Positions 30,768-40,311 of a DNA stretch of 64,000 nucleotides are shown in pieces. Source of the DNA: Gammaproteobacteria bacterium (GTDB lineage Bacteria; Pseudomonadota; Gammaproteobacteria; Burkholderiales; Nitrosomonadaceae). A model generated the notes under the pieces. That model was not told where the DNA came from. It did no database searches and saw nothing but the letters and a program-made list of their open reading frames with translations. Location: assembly GCA_015709635.1 (NCBI GenBank), contig CP054180.1, forward strand, positions 2,177,431-2,241,430, given 5' to 3'. The translations under genes were made by a program, and so were the position numbers. Positions within the stretch are counted from its first letter, which is position 1. The number at the start of each line of letters is the position of its first letter.

Positions 30768-31784
30768 TTACTGCGCAATATGGTGATTAGTAATCTCTTG
30801 TGCATCAATCGGAATTGTCGGATCGGGAATAGAATGCATAGCGCCAAGAGCAGCAGCTAATGCAAAGAAATTCCATCCATATACGGAAAGAATCGCATTA
30901 GCAATACTTCTCTTCCTTATTGCCAGTACTGTAATACCCCCCAGCCAAACAAGAAATTCGGCAATGATCAGTGCTGGTACAATCGTAATCACTTTTATAT
31001 TGATCACTATCACTGCAAGTATGCCAGCAATAATATGAAGAACAGGTGCAGCAAAAACAAACCATGCCTGATGCACGCTTAACCACCACCATGGATGCCC
31101 GAAAGCTGATCTAAGATACATACCATAGGCATGTAATCGGCGATTCCGCCACAACCGAAGCAGCATCTGAGAAGTACTTTCAGAATAACCGGTATGGATT
31201 ACAGCAGCTTCTGGAAGTCGAACGAGGCGCCACCCTTGAGCCCGCAAGCGAACACCAAGCTCAGCTTCTTCACAAGCAGGAAGCCATCGATGCGCAAGAT
31301 AACCGACAGATTCGATCGCCTTGCGGCGATAAAGGCCACCACCGCCAAGTTCTAATACATCTTTTATTTGTTGCAGTGCCTCTGCCTCCGAAGCACGTCG
31401 TTTATCGGCCCAAGTGTTAATGCTTGAGTCCAGCAGTTTTCCTCCCACACCAGCCACATCAGGATTTGATTCTAGGTAATTTAATGCCACGGATAGAAAT
31501 CCAGCTTGTAATTCCATATCTCCGTCCAGTACATAAATATATTCACCTAACGCATACTGATAACCAAGTTGAACGGCGGATGCACACCCGCAATCTATTT
31601 TATGTAAAAACTGGACAATTCGAATAGGATAACGCCTTGCAATTTCTACCGTTCTGTCAGTAGATAGTGAGTCAACCAGAATCACTTCACCACCAATTTT
31701 TAGTACCTCTGTCAACGCAGTCTCAAGGCAACTTGCAACCAATGCTTCTTCATTAAATGCTTTAATTATGATTGAAAGTTTCAT
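30768..31784 (-). CDS. glycosyltransferase family 2 with C-terminal membrane domain
   Basis: MKLSIIIKAFNEE, VDSLSTDRT, VLDGDM (DXD), followed by 3-4 TM helices. Confidence 0.8.
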   Translation of the reverse strand: MKLSIIIKAFNEEALVASCLETALTEVLKIGGEVILVDSLSTDRTVEIARRYPIRIVQFLHKIDCGCASAVQLGYQYALGEYIYVLDGDMELQAGFLSVALNYLESNPDVAGVGGKLLDSSINTWADKRRASEAEALQQIKDVLELGGGGLYRRKAIESVGYLAHRWLPACEEAELGVRLRAQGWRLVRLPEAAVIHTGYSESTSQMLLRLWRNRRLHAYGMYLRSAFGHPWWWLSVHQAWFVFAAPVLHIIAGILAVIVINIKVITIVPALIIAEFLVWLGGITVLAIRKRSIANAILSVYGWNFFALAAALGAMHSIPDPTIPIDAQEITNHHIAQ

Positions 31785-32533
31785 TCCAAATTCTCTGAAT
31801 AATATTCGACCATAATAATACTAGAGTCTTTTGACAATTTGAAATTGATGAAGATTGAGAAATAGCGGCATCGCTATAACTGTACGAGTTCATGTCTAGT
31901 CATCCAGTTACCGAATTGAATGGGCTTCTGCAAGACTAGATTTGATTCAATTTTTACTACCCTAATTCGCTTCCCTATCGAGCAAAGTCTCCACAAAAGC
32001 TTTTCTCGTAAAAATTTTTGCTTGGTGAGTTTTTCCAGTATTGCAAAAATCACCCAGCTATCCAGTTCTCTTTGTCTTGCGTTGGAAATCTTGCCGCGCT
32101 CCTTATTATCACACCAATTTGCTAGTCTTGTGGTGAATACCAAAATAACATTTACCCCTGCTTTCCATCTTTACTTACGACACGTCGAATTTCCATATTT
32201 AGTTCCACTGAATATCTTTTACTTTATGCTAATCGCGCCTACGGGTATCAAACTGGCATACTTTTTGGCACCCCGAGAAATTTAGTATGCTTCAGTAGTA
32301 CCTTTATACTTCGCTATTTGCATTCCTTAACTTCTGGTGATATAACATTATCGCTATACGATTACCTGTTTGACGTTTTTTCTCCTTTTACGGTGTTGTT
32401 GCTCCACTGAGAAATCCAGGTTATATCCTGTAAAAAAAGAATATCAGAATTCGGTTCCACTTACTTCCGTTTCCCACTAAGAGCTGAAGAAATAATAATT
32501 TTTGATTGTTTCGGAAAAAAGATTGCTTAGCCA

Positions 32534-33718
32534 ATGCAGAATACGATTTTGCTTTATTCCAAGGATGCCATGAGCATGGAAAATTTTCCACGCTACGGCA
32601 ACCGTTATTGGGAAACTCCCAATTTTGATGAAATGGCCGAAAAAGGGACCGAATTCCTCCGTCACTATACGGCAGCCACTTCTACTTCTATGGCATTCAG
32701 CGCGATGCTGACTGGCAAAAACCCTTATGAATTTACGGATCGTAAGTTTTACACCTATGTGCAGCCCACGCAGTTTGAAACAATTTTCAGTCGCTTGCAG
32801 GCCGAGGGCTATGATTGTCATATTCTCTGGTCACCGGATTATATGACCGGCGCATGGCCTTATGTGCGTTGCTTCGGCGATGAGAGTAAAACCCATGTTC
32901 ATGTACTGGAGATACAGCAGACCTGCGCTATCCAGCGCCCGAATGACTTTACCTTGGAGCGCAACGATGCTCTGCTGGAAAAAACGAAACAGCTGATCTA
33001 TAACGAGTTGAACAGCATTCCACCCGCACCAAAGCAGTTTATCTGGATGCATCTACCGCATGTGCTGCGCGGCCGGTGCAGTTACGGCGATGACATTGAC
33101 ATCTTTGACGAAATTCTCGGATTCGTACGGAAGAAATACGGTGATGAATCCATTTACATTACAGCGGATCACGGTCATATGAATCTACACAAGAACATCA
33201 TGGCTTACGGCTTTCATGTATATGATCTGACATGCCATGTGCCATTGATCACGCCTCGCATTGATGGGTTAAAGAAGGTGGAGAGAATCACTTCTCACAC
33301 CGATCTGATGGATATTATTCTGGAGAAGAAAATCCCGAAACATGATTATGTGCTGACGGATACCTTGTATTACTGCCAACCGAACCGAAGGCTGGCCGTT
33401 ATCGGACAGCGCTATAAATACATTTATAATAAACACAACCGTACCGAAGAACTTTATGATCTGGAGTGGGACCCGCAGGAACGCTATAATCTGCTGGAAC
33501 GTGACCGGTATGACAGCGATAGGAGCGAACTGAAGCGCATCACGGAACTATATTTCTATCCGTACCGCTCTGACGCTATGGAAGCTCTCAAAGGGTTGCG
33601 TAAAAAAAAGGAAGAGATTTGGCGCAATGGTACCTGGAGTGAAGAAGCGTATGTTAGTGCTCGCAGCATGATGCGGCATATCAAAGCGAGAATCCGGATG
33701 AAACTGAACAAATGCTAA
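32534..33718 (+). CDS. alkaline-phosphatase-superfamily (sulfatase-like) hydrolase/transferase
   Basis: N-terminal ILLYSKDAMS (metal Asp). TSTSMAFSAMLTG occupies the place of the C/SxPxR sulfatase signature. TADHGH metal site. Confidence 0.65.
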   Translation: MQNTILLYSKDAMSMENFPRYGNRYWETPNFDEMAEKGTEFLRHYTAATSTSMAFSAMLTGKNPYEFTDRKFYTYVQPTQFETIFSRLQAEGYDCHILWSPDYMTGAWPYVRCFGDESKTHVHVLEIQQTCAIQRPNDFTLERNDALLEKTKQLIYNELNSIPPAPKQFIWMHLPHVLRGRCSYGDDIDIFDEILGFVRKKYGDESIYITADHGHMNLHKNIMAYGFHVYDLTCHVPLITPRIDGLKKVERITSHTDLMDIILEKKIPKHDYVLTDTLYYCQPNRRLAVIGQRYKYIYNKHNRTEELYDLEWDPQERYNLLERDRYDSDRSELKRITELYFYPYRSDAMEALKGLRKKKEEIWRNGTWSEEAYVSARSMMRHIKARIRMKLNKC

Positions 33719-33733
33719 GGGATTGCGGAAATT

Positions 33734-34126
33734 ATGAAACGATTGATTACATACGGCACGTTTGATCTTCTACATTACGGGCACATCAACTTACTACGCC
33801 GGGTAAAGGCCATGGGCGATTATCTGATCGTTGGTTTATCCACCGACGAGTTCAATTGGGATGAGAAACACAAAAAGTGCTATTTCGATTACGAAAAGCG
33901 TAAACAGCTGCTAGAAGCTGTCCGCTATGTAGATCTGGTTATTCGCGAGGAAAGCTGGGATCAGAAGCGCAGCGACATACATAAATACCATGCCGATGTA
34001 TTCGCGATCGGTGATGACTGGAAAGGAAAATTTGACTTTCTGCAAGAAGAAGGTTGCGAAGTGGTGTACTTATCCCGCACACCGGAAATTTCTACTACTC
34101 AGATTAAGAAGGATTTGAACCGGTAA
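33734..34126 (+). CDS. tagD: glycerol-3-phosphate cytidylyltransferase (TagD-like)
   Basis: YGTFDLLHYGHINLL (HxGH), RYVD, RTPEISTT (RTxGISTT). 130 aa. Confidence 0.85.
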   Translation: MKRLITYGTFDLLHYGHINLLRRVKAMGDYLIVGLSTDEFNWDEKHKKCYFDYEKRKQLLEAVRYVDLVIREESWDQKRSDIHKYHADVFAIGDDWKGKFDFLQEEGCEVVYLSRTPEISTTQIKKDLNR

Positions 34127-34187
34127 TTTGCAGGAGAGAAACAGCGATTGACCTATTAAAATAGATACTAATATGTAGTAATTCAGA

Positions 34188-35730
34188 CGGCCTGTTGAAA
34201 AAGCCAGTTTTATGCCGAGACTGCTTCATGTGGAAAAAATTTTGGTATGCGTCTAAAGTAATTTAGATAATTTTGTACTTTCAATATTTCTTCTCGGAGA
34301 GACAGATATTTTTTCAAAAGCCAATAAATACTTGGCGATTGCTTGACGATTCGCTTAATGTTTTGGGCCATTGCGGTCATCAGAGCCTGAATCGATACTT
34401 TCTGTAATCCCCGGTAACGGGCACGTCTTAGTCCGTGAAACTGCTTGGCTTCAGCGAATAATCCTTCGATCGTCCATTTGCGCAATATCATCTTGCTGAT
34501 AAAAGCTCTGGTTTCTTGCCGTACACGAACCTTGTCAATTTCATGCTGATGTGGACTTCGATAGACAAACCGAGCCCTGTTTTTGGCCGACTCGGGTAAG
34601 CAATCTGCTCGCCTGGGGCACTGGCGACAGTGCCCGCCAGTGATTCGGTATCGTTTGATCATCCCGTTATCCAATTTCTCATAAGGGTAGAGAAAATACC
34701 CCTCTGGACATTGGTATCGATCAGTCTCACTGTGATACCTGAACTCAGTGGGCGTAAGTTTGCCTTTGCCAAGACGGGCATCGTGCAGCGGTATATAAGT
34801 GCGTATCTTGCGTTGCCTAAACGCACTATAAGTTGGCCCCCGACCATATCCACGATCAGCAATCACTTCTTGAACATCAAAACCCATCTCATTACATAAA
34901 TAGTCGATTCTGTCAGGGAGTATGGGGCCCTCATGAGTAGAGCCCGTCGTGGTATAACAATCAGTAATAATCCGTGTCTTTACATCAGCACTATAGTGAA
35001 CCTTGTACTTAAGACCACCATCAGTACCTTTACGATAGACCATAGTGGCATCTGGGTCTGAGGCACTGACATGAGTCTGATTAGCCACTCGGCGTTTGCG
35101 TTTTCCATGCTGAAAATCATGATACCGCTTCTCATACTGCTTTAAAACTCTGGCATTAGGATCAGCATTCTCGCGCTTTACCAGGGAATCCATGGAGGCA
35201 TTAGCCTTCACGAGCGTCGCATCAACAACAATCTGCTTGCCGGTGAATCGACCCTGCTTTTGCCATTGCAGCAACATCAGTTTAAATATTTGCTGGTATC
35301 TGGATTCTCCCATTCTGTCTCGTATACGGGTTAATGAGGAGTGGTGAGGTACAGACTGGTATAGGGGAATCCGGCAAAACCAACGATATGCCAGATTCAG
35401 GTGAACATCACGGCAAAGCTGACGGTCAGACTCAATCCCAAACAAGTAACTGATCAGCTGCATCCGAAAAAACAATACGGGATCAATGGAGGTTCGTCCA
35501 TTGTCTACGCAGTAGAGTTCTTCGGTCAGGCCATACAAAAACTCCAAATCCAGTAGCTTATCGACCTTCCTTAATAAATGATCTTTGGGAATAAAGCTCT
35601 CTAGATCTATCGTCGAGAATAATTCCCGTTGATGCGTTTGTTTGCCTTGCATTGATCTTTACCGGTGGTCGATAGTGAAGTCTATTTTATTATCAACTCA
35701 ACGTAGTATCAGAGGTTCTTCAACAGGCCG
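34188..35730 (-). mobile_element. IS1182-family insertion sequence, intact copy (1543 bp)
   Basis: Terminal inverted repeats CGGCCTGTTGAAAAAGCC / GGTTCTTCAACAGGCCG enclose one 480-aa transposase ORF. Confidence 0.85.
34210..35652 (-). CDS. IS1182-family DDE transposase
   Basis: 480 aa. N-terminal DUF772-like region (FIPKDHLLRKVD, RTSIDPVLFFRMQLISYLFGI) and a DDE domain (VVDATLVKA, ADRGYG, IEGLFAEAKQ). Confidence 0.88.
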   Translation of the reverse strand: MQGKQTHQRELFSTIDLESFIPKDHLLRKVDKLLDLEFLYGLTEELYCVDNGRTSIDPVLFFRMQLISYLFGIESDRQLCRDVHLNLAYRWFCRIPLYQSVPHHSSLTRIRDRMGESRYQQIFKLMLLQWQKQGRFTGKQIVVDATLVKANASMDSLVKRENADPNARVLKQYEKRYHDFQHGKRKRRVANQTHVSASDPDATMVYRKGTDGGLKYKVHYSADVKTRIITDCYTTTGSTHEGPILPDRIDYLCNEMGFDVQEVIADRGYGRGPTYSAFRQRKIRTYIPLHDARLGKGKLTPTEFRYHSETDRYQCPEGYFLYPYEKLDNGMIKRYRITGGHCRQCPRRADCLPESAKNRARFVYRSPHQHEIDKVRVRQETRAFISKMILRKWTIEGLFAEAKQFHGLRRARYRGLQKVSIQALMTAMAQNIKRIVKQSPSIYWLLKKYLSLREEILKVQNYLNYFRRIPKFFPHEAVSA

Positions 35731-36571
35731 CAAACTTGATCTGACAATAAGGTCTTGCCAAAGGGTGGGATTACTCGGTTTGATAGAGGTGCGAAACTTT
35801 ATCAACCAAGCGCGAAAGCGCAAAGGAGTAATCCCATGAGTAGTTTTCACCAGAAAATCATCAAACACAAGATCGGTCTGCTTAATCTGGCAGCCGAGCT
35901 TGGCAATGTATCCCGCGCCTGCAAGGTGATGGGTTTTTCTCGTGATACTGGAGAAGAAACAGGACGATGATGTTGCCCATGGCGTGATCGAGACCGCTCA
36001 TCCCGGCTATCTCGGTAGTCAGGATACCTTTTACGTCGGCACCCTCAAGGGCGTGGGACGGATTTACCAGCAGACCTTCGTCGACACTTATTCCAAATGG
36101 GCAGCCGCCAAGCTATATACCACCAAAACACCTATCACATCGGCTGATTTGCTCAATGACCGGGTACTGCCGTTCTTCACCGAGCAAAGTATGGGCGTCA
36201 TCCGTATCCTGACCGACCGCGGTACCGAATATTGCGGCAAGCTGGAGAATCACGATTACCAGCTCTATCTGGCACTCAATGACATTGAGCATTCTAAAAC
36301 GAAAGCCAACCATCCGCAGACCAACGGTATTTGCGAGCGTTTCCACAAAACCATCTTGCAGGAGTTCTACCAGGTAGCTTTCCGGCGCAAGATTTACCAC
36401 TCTATTGAAGAGTTACAGTACGATCTGGATGACTGGATGGTGTATTACAACAGCACGCGTACTCACCAGGGCAAGATGTGCTGTGGGCGCACGCCAATGC
36501 AAACTTTAATTGTCGCAAAGGAGGTATGGGACGATAAAATCATATATCCGCAACCAAGAGCAAGAGGATGA
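35731..36571 (+). pseudogene. IS481-family element remnant with internal deletion (copy 1)
   Basis: N-terminal HTH piece MSSFHQKIIKHKIGLLNLAAELGNVSRACKVMGFSRDT is joined out of frame to the rve core (HPGYLGSQDTFYVG..TDRGTEYCG..HPQTNGICERFH). About 130 codons are missing; no matching right inverted repeat was seen. Confidence 0.8.
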
Positions 36572-36600
36572 ACGCTACGACCAAATGAAGTTAGATGTTT

Positions 36601-36674
36601 AGCCGCCTTGGGCGGCTCATGGTTTAGGACGCCTTTGAGGCGTTCACCCAATAAGCCTCCGGCTTTGTCGGAGG
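36601..36674. repeat. three consecutive GC-rich hairpins
   Basis: AGCCGCC-TTG-GGCGGCT; ACGCC-TTTGA-GGCGT; CCTCCG-GCTTTGT-CGGAGG. Confidence 0.5.
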
Positions 36675-36782
36675 TAATTTAACTATCATTGACATATCGT
36701 GTCATTAGCTAACAAAAAATGTCACTTATGCATTTGGTTCCAAATACACATGGCATACCGCTCAGGGTTAACAAGGAAATTA

Positions 36783-37617
36783 CTAGATAGTGTCGTCACG
36801 AGTATTTAACCAGAGTGCAAGGCAATGGATCTGGACGGCAGCAAGGAAGGAAGAGAGGTTCTTGGCGTAGCGGGTAGCGATGCCGCGCCACTGTTTAAGC
36901 GCAAGAAACGTATTCTCGACGAGGTGGCGTTGCCGGTACAGGTGTTTGTCATATTTGCGCTGTCCCTTTCTATTTTTTCGTGGCGGGATCACCACCTGCA
37001 TGCCCTGAGATTGCGCTTGCTCGACGATGGCATCACTATCGTAACCCTTGTCGGCAATCAGGTGCTAGGCCAGGATGCCGGCAATGAGTCCTTGAACTTG
37101 TGTGCAATCTGCACGGGTAGCTTCTGTAGCAATGATTCTGACCGGCATACCATGCGCATCCACGGCCAGATGTACCTTGGTGTTGAGCCCCCTTTTGTAC
37201 GACTCATCCCCTGATTGCCTCCACGCGCTCCAGCAGCATGCGGATGTACCTTGCAATGGCTTGCATCAATCATCAACCACTCAAAATCGGGGTCATCAAT
37301 GAGTTGTTCAAGCAGCGCCTCCCAAACACCCCGGTCGCGCCAACGACAGAATCTGCGGTGCGTGTTCTTCCAGTCACCGTAGCTCACGGGCAAATCCTGC
37401 CAGGGCGCCCCCGTGCGCAAAATCCAAAACACTGCATTGATGAACTGCCGGTTATCTTTGGCGATGCCGCTCCATTGCTCGCTTTGACCAGGCAAATGCG
37501 CCTCAAGAAGCGCCCAAGCCGAATCCGATAGATCGTGCCGCCGTGTACTCTCTGTCATAGGTCAATGCAGTTTAGTGAAATCGAAATTTAACCATATCTT
37601 GTGACGATTTTGTCTAG
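36783..37617 (-). mobile_element. IS5-family (IS427/IS1031-type) element, degraded
   Basis: Inverted repeats CTAGATAGTGTCGTCACGAG / CTAGACAAAATCGTCACAAG. The transposase is spread over three ORFs (37058..37558, 37065..37256, 36783..37001) with one frameshift and an in-frame TAG. Confidence 0.8.
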
Positions 37618-37637
37618 TGTGGGTTGCACTTAGGTTA

Positions 37638-37763
37638 CTAGCTCAACTTCCCTGAGCAAGGCAATGATTTGCTGTTCACTGTACTTCGATTTCTTCATCA
37701 TAGAGCTCCTTTTGGTTAAGAAAACTCTACTTTAAATTGGATCAAATTTCCGAGGTGACTACA
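37638..37763 (-). mobile_element. IS3-family left-end fragment (126 bp)
   Basis: Reverse complement is nearly identical to 39539..39665 (TGTAGTCACCTCGGAAATTTGATCC..ATGATGAAGAAATCGAAG). Cut off after GAGCTAG. Confidence 0.8.
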
Positions 37764-38104
37764 GATGTTATCGAAGAGTTCGCTCAAATTTTCGACAAGG
37801 CTACGACAGCATTTTACTTATCTGCGATATAAATGATTGCTGGTTAGTCATAGTATTTTTTTGAACCTTAAGTTGGCATATTTTGTGCTTCAGTAATGCT
37901 GTAGCAATATGAAAAAGGCAAACTCTGCGAAAGCAGGGGACGCAAAGTCACTGATCTAAAGGGTAAATACCCCAGGATGGCAGGACTGCCAGATAACGCA
38001 CCCGTCTTAATCACACTTGTGATTCGACAAGTATCGAATGAAATAATGTTGATACATGCATATCCACGCAGTTCCGTCCTTTTAACTCTAAGGAGGAACC
38101 TAAA

Positions 38105-39445
38105 ATGAATATTATTGATCCAGTATTACACGCAAATGGTTTGCCAGTATTAAATAGCAAACTAATACGAATAAATAAATCCAATATGAATAGTATCACT
38201 CAATCCAGGATTAACATGATGGTTTTCATGTTATTGATCCTTATCACTATTAGCTTTGTTGCTACAACAGCTCACGCAGCTAACTTACTTTTTCGATCGA
38301 ACCTTGGCTCCGGTATTTCACTTGGTCCGCTCTACAACTTTAGTACTAATGGCGCATGGCAAGCTGTTAACGGTACAGACAAAGAAACTGGTTATACCTG
38401 GCCGGTTTCTGCATTGGGTTCGGATTTTTCCGGAGTTCAATTGATTACTGTCGATCCTATTACTTCTTCAACGATTGGAAACTATATAACCAATCAAATC
38501 ATACCTGTTACCGGACCAAAGGGAGATTTGATCAATGAGCTTTCTCAGCAAGTGAAAATAAAATTGCCGGTAGGTGCGGGTGGTACACAGGCTCCATTTT
38601 TAATCAACAGGCCTTGGAAAATTGGCGACGTTAATGACTTGTACATTACCTATTGGTTCAGATATCAAGCAGATTTGGAAACACAGCTAGATGCTACAGT
38701 TCCTGGGGGAAATTGGCGTGCCCATTTTGAGTTCAAAACAGGAGGTTACAACAATACGTGGATGGGTGATTACCGCATCACGGTTTATGTCGTGAAGGGA
38801 GGTGATGGTAAGCTTTATTGGCTCACGAAGGGTGATAATGTTGCCAATGGCCCATTTACACCGGTTGATTATTGGATTGAGACTAACCGCATTGCACCAA
38901 TACCAATTGATAAATGGTCCAAATTTGAGGTTTACTGGCATCGGTCAGGTGGTAGTGACGGACGCTTCTGGGTGGCGATTGACGGTGAGGTGATTGTTGA
39001 TCACCATGGACCAAATATGGGGGATTATAAGCTTCCTATAACCCGAATATTTATCAGCAATCCTTATAGTGGTGGGCATGCAACAGTGGATAATCACACA
39101 ACAGGGCTGCAAATATGGAATGGTTTTCCATGCGGTGAGGGAATGTCTTGCTACAATTTCGATACCGTAGCTCCAACTATACCTTCTTCAGTCGCTGCGA
39201 AAATATCAAAATATACGACTGCTGCCGGCGTTGCATTAACGTGGGGTGCATCCTCGGATAATGTAGGGGTTGCAGGATACAACATATATCGGAATGGGAC
39301 AAAAATCGGTGTAACTACGACAAATAAGTTTAATGATGTCATTACAGGTACCGCCAAGGGAACTCTTTATAGTTACACAGTTAAGGCCTTTGATGCTGAA
39401 GATAATTTATCCACGGTAAGTACCGCAGCGCTAGTGACTTATTGA
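38105..39445 (+). CDS. secreted jelly-roll protein with C-terminal FN3 domain; paralog C
   Basis: 446 aa, AAGGAGG RBS, signal peptide ending TTAHA. Colinear with paralog B, including perfectly identical DNA blocks. Confidence 0.65.
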   Translation: MNIIDPVLHANGLPVLNSKLIRINKSNMNSITQSRINMMVFMLLILITISFVATTAHAANLLFRSNLGSGISLGPLYNFSTNGAWQAVNGTDKETGYTWPVSALGSDFSGVQLITVDPITSSTIGNYITNQIIPVTGPKGDLINELSQQVKIKLPVGAGGTQAPFLINRPWKIGDVNDLYITYWFRYQADLETQLDATVPGGNWRAHFEFKTGGYNNTWMGDYRITVYVVKGGDGKLYWLTKGDNVANGPFTPVDYWIETNRIAPIPIDKWSKFEVYWHRSGGSDGRFWVAIDGEVIVDHHGPNMGDYKLPITRIFISNPYSGGHATVDNHTTGLQIWNGFPCGEGMSCYNFDTVAPTIPSSVAAKISKYTTAAGVALTWGASSDNVGVAGYNIYRNGTKIGVTTTNKFNDVITGTAKGTLYSYTVKAFDAEDNLSTVSTAALVTY

Positions 39446-39497
39446 GGAAGATTGTTCGTCAATAAGCTCTAGAGAAATGTCATTCCCGTCAGGAAAT
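39287..39497. repeat. 211-bp block identical to 17829..18039 (inverted)
   Basis: See 17829..18039. The conserved hairpin TCATTCCCG..CGGGAATGA lies at 39484..39518. Confidence 0.85.
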
Positions 39498-39538
39498 ACC
39501 TCTGGCGGGAATGAAACCAAAGCATACACTTAGAGGGT

Positions 39539-40021
39539 GTGTAATCGCCTCGGAAATTTGATCCAACTTAAAGTAGAGTTTTCTTAACCAAAGGAGCTCT
39601 ATGATGAAGAAATCGAAGTACAGTGAACAGCAAATCACTGCCTTGCTCAGGGAAGTTGAGCTAGGTGCCAAAGTCAACGAGACCTGTCGCAAGTACGGCA
39701 TCAGTGATGCGACATACTACAAATGGAAATCCGCTTACGGGTGGTATTATGGATGCATCGCAACTCAGGCATCTGAAGGAACTTCAAGCCGAGAACGCCA
39801 AGCTCAAGAAGATGTGTGCTGAGCTGGCACTCATGCACAATGCGCTGCAGGATGTTGTCACAAAAAAGCTATAGCCCCGGCGAAAAAGGTTGAGATAGTT
39901 CAGTTTATGACTGCGGAACATGAGTTATCCTCCCGTCAGGCCTGCCGGGCGATCCGGATGGCGAGATCGTTACTCTATTACCGGGCCAGCAGTAAGAATG
40001 ACGAAGGCGTGATCGAAGCCA
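39539..40021 (+). mobile_element. IS3-family element fragment (left IR, orfA, start of orfB)
   Basis: TG-initiated inverted repeat. OrfA MMKKSKYSEQQITALLREVELGAKVNETCRKYGISDATYYKWK carries a frameshift. OrfB is truncated after about 40 codons. Confidence 0.8.
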
Positions 40022-40311
40022 TGCCTTCAACATTCCCCTTGTCATTGCCACGGCCAGGCCGCCCAAACTTATCTTCAAACAAGTAATGATTTTGCAGTTC
40101 ACTGAACGCCTTGGTACGCTGACGCTCTTCATCACCCAGTATCTTGGCCACTGCAATTTTGGTGTTGTCGTATAGGATCGATTGTGGCACCCCACCCAAA
40201 AATGCAAAAGCAGCAACATGCCCATCCAGAAAGGATTCAGTATCTTCGGTCGGATAGGCTTTGACAAAGCAGCCATCCGAATGCGGCATACCAAGGCAGA
40301 AATAATGGAAT
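40022..40311 (-). pseudogene. IS21-family IstA transposase internal fragment
   Basis: FLDGHVAAFAFLGGVPQSILYDNTKIAVAKILGDEERQRTKAFSELQNHYLFEDKFGRPGRGNDKGNVEG. Confidence 0.75.

Noticed and set aside
31874-32285. Overlapping 89-aa (minus) and 121-aa (plus) ORFs in the AT-rich region between the GT2 gene and the sulfatase-like gene
   Set aside because: They have no RBS or recognisable domain and they overlap each other. More likely this is the divergent promoter region of the EPS locus or eroded gene debris.
36589-36682. Integron attC-like core sites (GTTAGAT ... ATTTAAC) around the triple hairpin
   Set aside because: On either strand the order is GTTRRRY first and RYYYAAC second, the reverse of a real attC. 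There is no intI or cassette array nearby.
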